Assembly: GCF_004010195.1 (NCBI RefSeq)
Contig: NC_057718.1
Coordinates: 54,103,189 to 54,140,899, forward strand
Length of the DNA: 37,711 nucleotides
Source of the DNA: Chiloscyllium plagiosum
Taxonomy: Eukaryota
Direction of reading: 5' to 3'
The notes beneath the pieces were generated by a model, which searched no databases, was not told the DNA's origin, and worked only from the letters and a program-made list of their open reading frames with translations. Position 1 is the first letter of the stretch. Every line of letters begins with the position of its first letter. The translations under genes were made by a program, and so were the position numbers. Shown one piece after another: positions 34,926-37,711 of the stretch.

Positions 34926-35217
34926 TTAGAAGACAGAAGGTTACCACAACATTTTTCACGAAGCAGACACTAACATATGGAACAGAAACAGAATCAGGAA
35001 TGAAGATAAGGAGATAGACACAGTCTTCCAATAGGAGACATGAAACAATGGAAATAGAGGTATGTATGTACAAATGAAGAAAAAGAGGCAGAAACACAAA
35101 GATACAAACATCTAATATAGTCAGTCCCACCTGAACAGTGAAAGAGACAAATTCAAGCAATATGCAAAGAGTAATGAACACTGTGCAGAAGTAACAAGAA
35201 AAAAAAGACATAGAAAA

Positions 35218-35395
35218 AAAGAAGTTAGGAACAGAAGTAGCCAATCGCCCTTTCAATTTAATTTGATCACGGCTCAGCATCCAACTCTACTCTCTTCCCA
35301 TTTTCTCCCCATACCCTTTAATCCCCTTAGCTCCTAAGAACTACATCTAACTCCTTATTGAAAACATTAAATGTTTTGGCCTCCAAGACTTCCAG
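35218..35395 (-). mobile_element. CR1 3' end fragment
   Basis: gaagttaggaacagaagtagccaatcgccc...gatcacggct...ttctccccataccctttaatcccctt. Confidence 0.7.
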
Positions 35396-35814
35396 TAGGA
35401 TGGACTAACAGAGGACTACTAAGAAAACCAGAAAGAAAAATATTAGATTAAATAACTGATTAAGTTAGTCAGATAACTAAAAGTCATGTCATCCTTTTGG
35501 GTGCAATGCCTCTTAGTTCTCTCTTCTGCCTGTTATAGTTAGCTAATATCTAATTCCTATACTTGATCTTTCCAAGCTTCCTCTTATCTGATTTAATATT
35601 TCATTTAGTTGTGCAAGTTGGATTTCATACAATGCCATCACCTCACTCAAATTTTTGTCTTGTTATTAGATAAAAATCAATTTCATAATTTATCCAAGAG
35701 AGTTCTCAAAATTCTTGTATAGTAATGTTAAGCTCATTGGAATGAAGGAATGAATGGGGAGACATTGTTAAAAAAAAGCTTCCCAATTAACTTATTCAGA
35801 GATGGCATGATAGA

Positions 35815-35885
35815 CCTCCAGAGCAGGTGAGACTTCAACTCAGGCTTTATGGCTCAGAGGCAGGGACACTATCACAAATGCTGAG
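35815..35885 (-). mobile_element. Short tRNA-SINE head
   Basis: ctccagagcaggtgagacttcaactcagg...agaggcagggacactatcac is antisense to the family at 22442-22530. Confidence 0.5.
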
Positions 35886-36767
35886 TGAGTTTACCTAGGG
35901 AGCACAGCCTCATAGTGACTAGGCCCCGATCACATGGAATTAATTCCCTTTTGCATTTCTCTAACAACATGAAAATACACAACAAAAGATGGGAATACTC
36001 CAGTAGATCCTAAAAAATACTTTTACCATATAAATTCCATATAGTAATCATCCCAATCAATGGCAACCATCCTCACTTATTCACCAGCTATACAAACTGC
36101 ATAAAGAAGAAAGAAGAATAAATGCATGGGTCAATTTTTTAAAAATGTTCTGAGAAATTCTTCTCTAATCCTGAAAATTATCTATTTCCAATGGGTTGAT
36201 CAGACTGGGATGTAAACCCCATATTGCCAATCTATCTTCTATGCTAGTCATACCTCAGAACTTGTCCAGAGTGTTTTTGAATGCTTGGAACATTTCCTAT
36301 GTATACCATTAACCACTTGCAAAGATCTGCCAATCCCTCTAAGAAGAAATACCTCCTAATATCTAAACTACTTTTATGTTTCGTAACTTAAATATTGGAC
36401 ATCAGTGATAGTGATCAACAATGTTTTAGCTATTGAGCCAACTGAATGTCTTTACACTAAGTACCAATCTAATGACTTTCTATGCCCTCTAAATGAGAGT
36501 TTTAAAAAGGCATTTACCTTATATAACAAGGCAATAGGTAGAATTGGATGGTTAGACATATTTACAACTGTAATGAGTCAGAGTGGACATGAACCTCATG
36601 TTAGACTTCCACAGCCAAAGACTCTATAATAAAATTGGATCGGGTGGATCTTAATGCAACTTTACAAAAACTCTGTCAGAACCACATACAATAGGTAACT
36701 TGAACCTATTATGGAAAATAGTAAACAGCCTCATTAAAGATAAGTATAAGTAATGTTTTAGGCTCTG

Positions 36768-37711
36768 GACCATAAGACCATAAGACCATAAGACATAGGA
36801 GTGGAAGTAAGGCCATTCGGCCCATCGAGTCCACTCCGCCATTCAATCATGGCTGATGCGCATTTCAGCTCCACTTACCAGCGTTCTCCCCGTAGCCCTT
36901 AATTCCTCTAGACAACAAGAATCTATCAATCTCGGCCTTGAAGACATTTAGCGTCCCGGCTTCCACTGCACTCCGTGGCAATGAATTCCACAGGCCCACC
37001 ACTCTCTGGCTGAAGAAATGTCTCCGCATGTCTGTTCTGAAATGACCCCCTCTAATTCTAAAGCTGTGCCCAAGGATTCTAGAATCCCCACCTAACAGAA
37101 ACAAAAACCCAGCATCCACCCTTTTCAAGCCATGCATTCTATTGTAAGTTTGTATTGGATGTCCCCTCAATGTTCTAAACTCTAATGAATACAATCTCAG
37201 GATCCTCATCAGTTCATCATATGTTAGGCCTAGCATTTCAGGGGTCATCCGTTTGAATCTCCACTGGACATGCTCCAGTGCCAGTATGTCCTTCCTGAGG
37301 TGTGGGGACCAAAACTGGACAAAGTACTCCAAATGGGGCCTAACCAGAGCTTTATAAAGTCTTAGTAGTACATCTCTGCTTTTATATTCCAACCCTCTTG
37401 AGATAAGAGACAACATTGCATTCGCGTTCTTCATCACGGACTCAACCTGCATGTTTACCTTTAGAGAATCCTCGACTAGCACTCCCAGATCCCTTTGTGC
37501 TTTGGCTTTATTAATTTTCTCACCATTTAGAAAGTAGTCAATGCTTTTATTCTTTTTGCCAAAGTGCAAGACCTCGAACTTGCTCACGTTAAATTCCATC
37601 AGCCAAATCCTGGACCACTCTCCCAACCTGTCAAGATCCTTCTGCAGCCTCCCCACTTCCTCAGTACTACCTGCCTGTCCACCTAACTTCGTACCATCGG
37701 CAAACTTCGCT
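36768..37711 (-). mobile_element. Relatively young CR1 LINE (second family), ORF2 C-terminal part, running off the window end
   Basis: One open frame from the window end to the stop at 36865 (LQKDLDRL...WLMEFN, RDLGVLV, VRPHLEY, FFSQRVVGLWNSLP); 3'UTR ends in (TCTTATGG)n, seen as ccataaga repeats on +. Confidence 0.96.

Noticed and set aside
34930..35220. Hydrophobic 119-aa minus-strand ORF resembling a membrane protein
   Set aside because: It is the complement of a purine-rich low-complexity tract between two CR1 fragments.

Overview
This is repeat-dense, AT-rich vertebrate genomic DNA, not prokaryotic. The repeat set (HE1-type V-SINEs, HER1/CR1 LINEs, a Deu-domain SINE, palindromic Penelope-like ends) points to a cartilaginous fish, probably a shark; this is inferred from repeat families recognised by eye. 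I can find no intact protein-coding gene, tRNA, rRNA or CRISPR array, so the window looks intergenic or intronic. Most ORFs in the supplied track are antisense or off-frame readings of decayed retroelements. Content: three long LINE remnants (10640-12590 -, 28530-31218 +, 36768-37711 -), many short CR1 fragments, five HE1 SINEs, other SINEs, a Rex1/Babar fragment, a PIF/Harbinger transposase remnant and Penelope-like termini carrying hammerhead-ribozyme core motifs. The least explained parts are a 1.3 kb decayed, coding-like minus-strand segment (31607-32890) and a roughly 2 kb repeat-poor block (20170-22300) with splice-site-like and transcription-factor-like motifs. I do not see convincing evidence of a novel multi-gene system. 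Repeat boundaries are approximate (tens of bp) and family names come from pattern recognition, not database searches.
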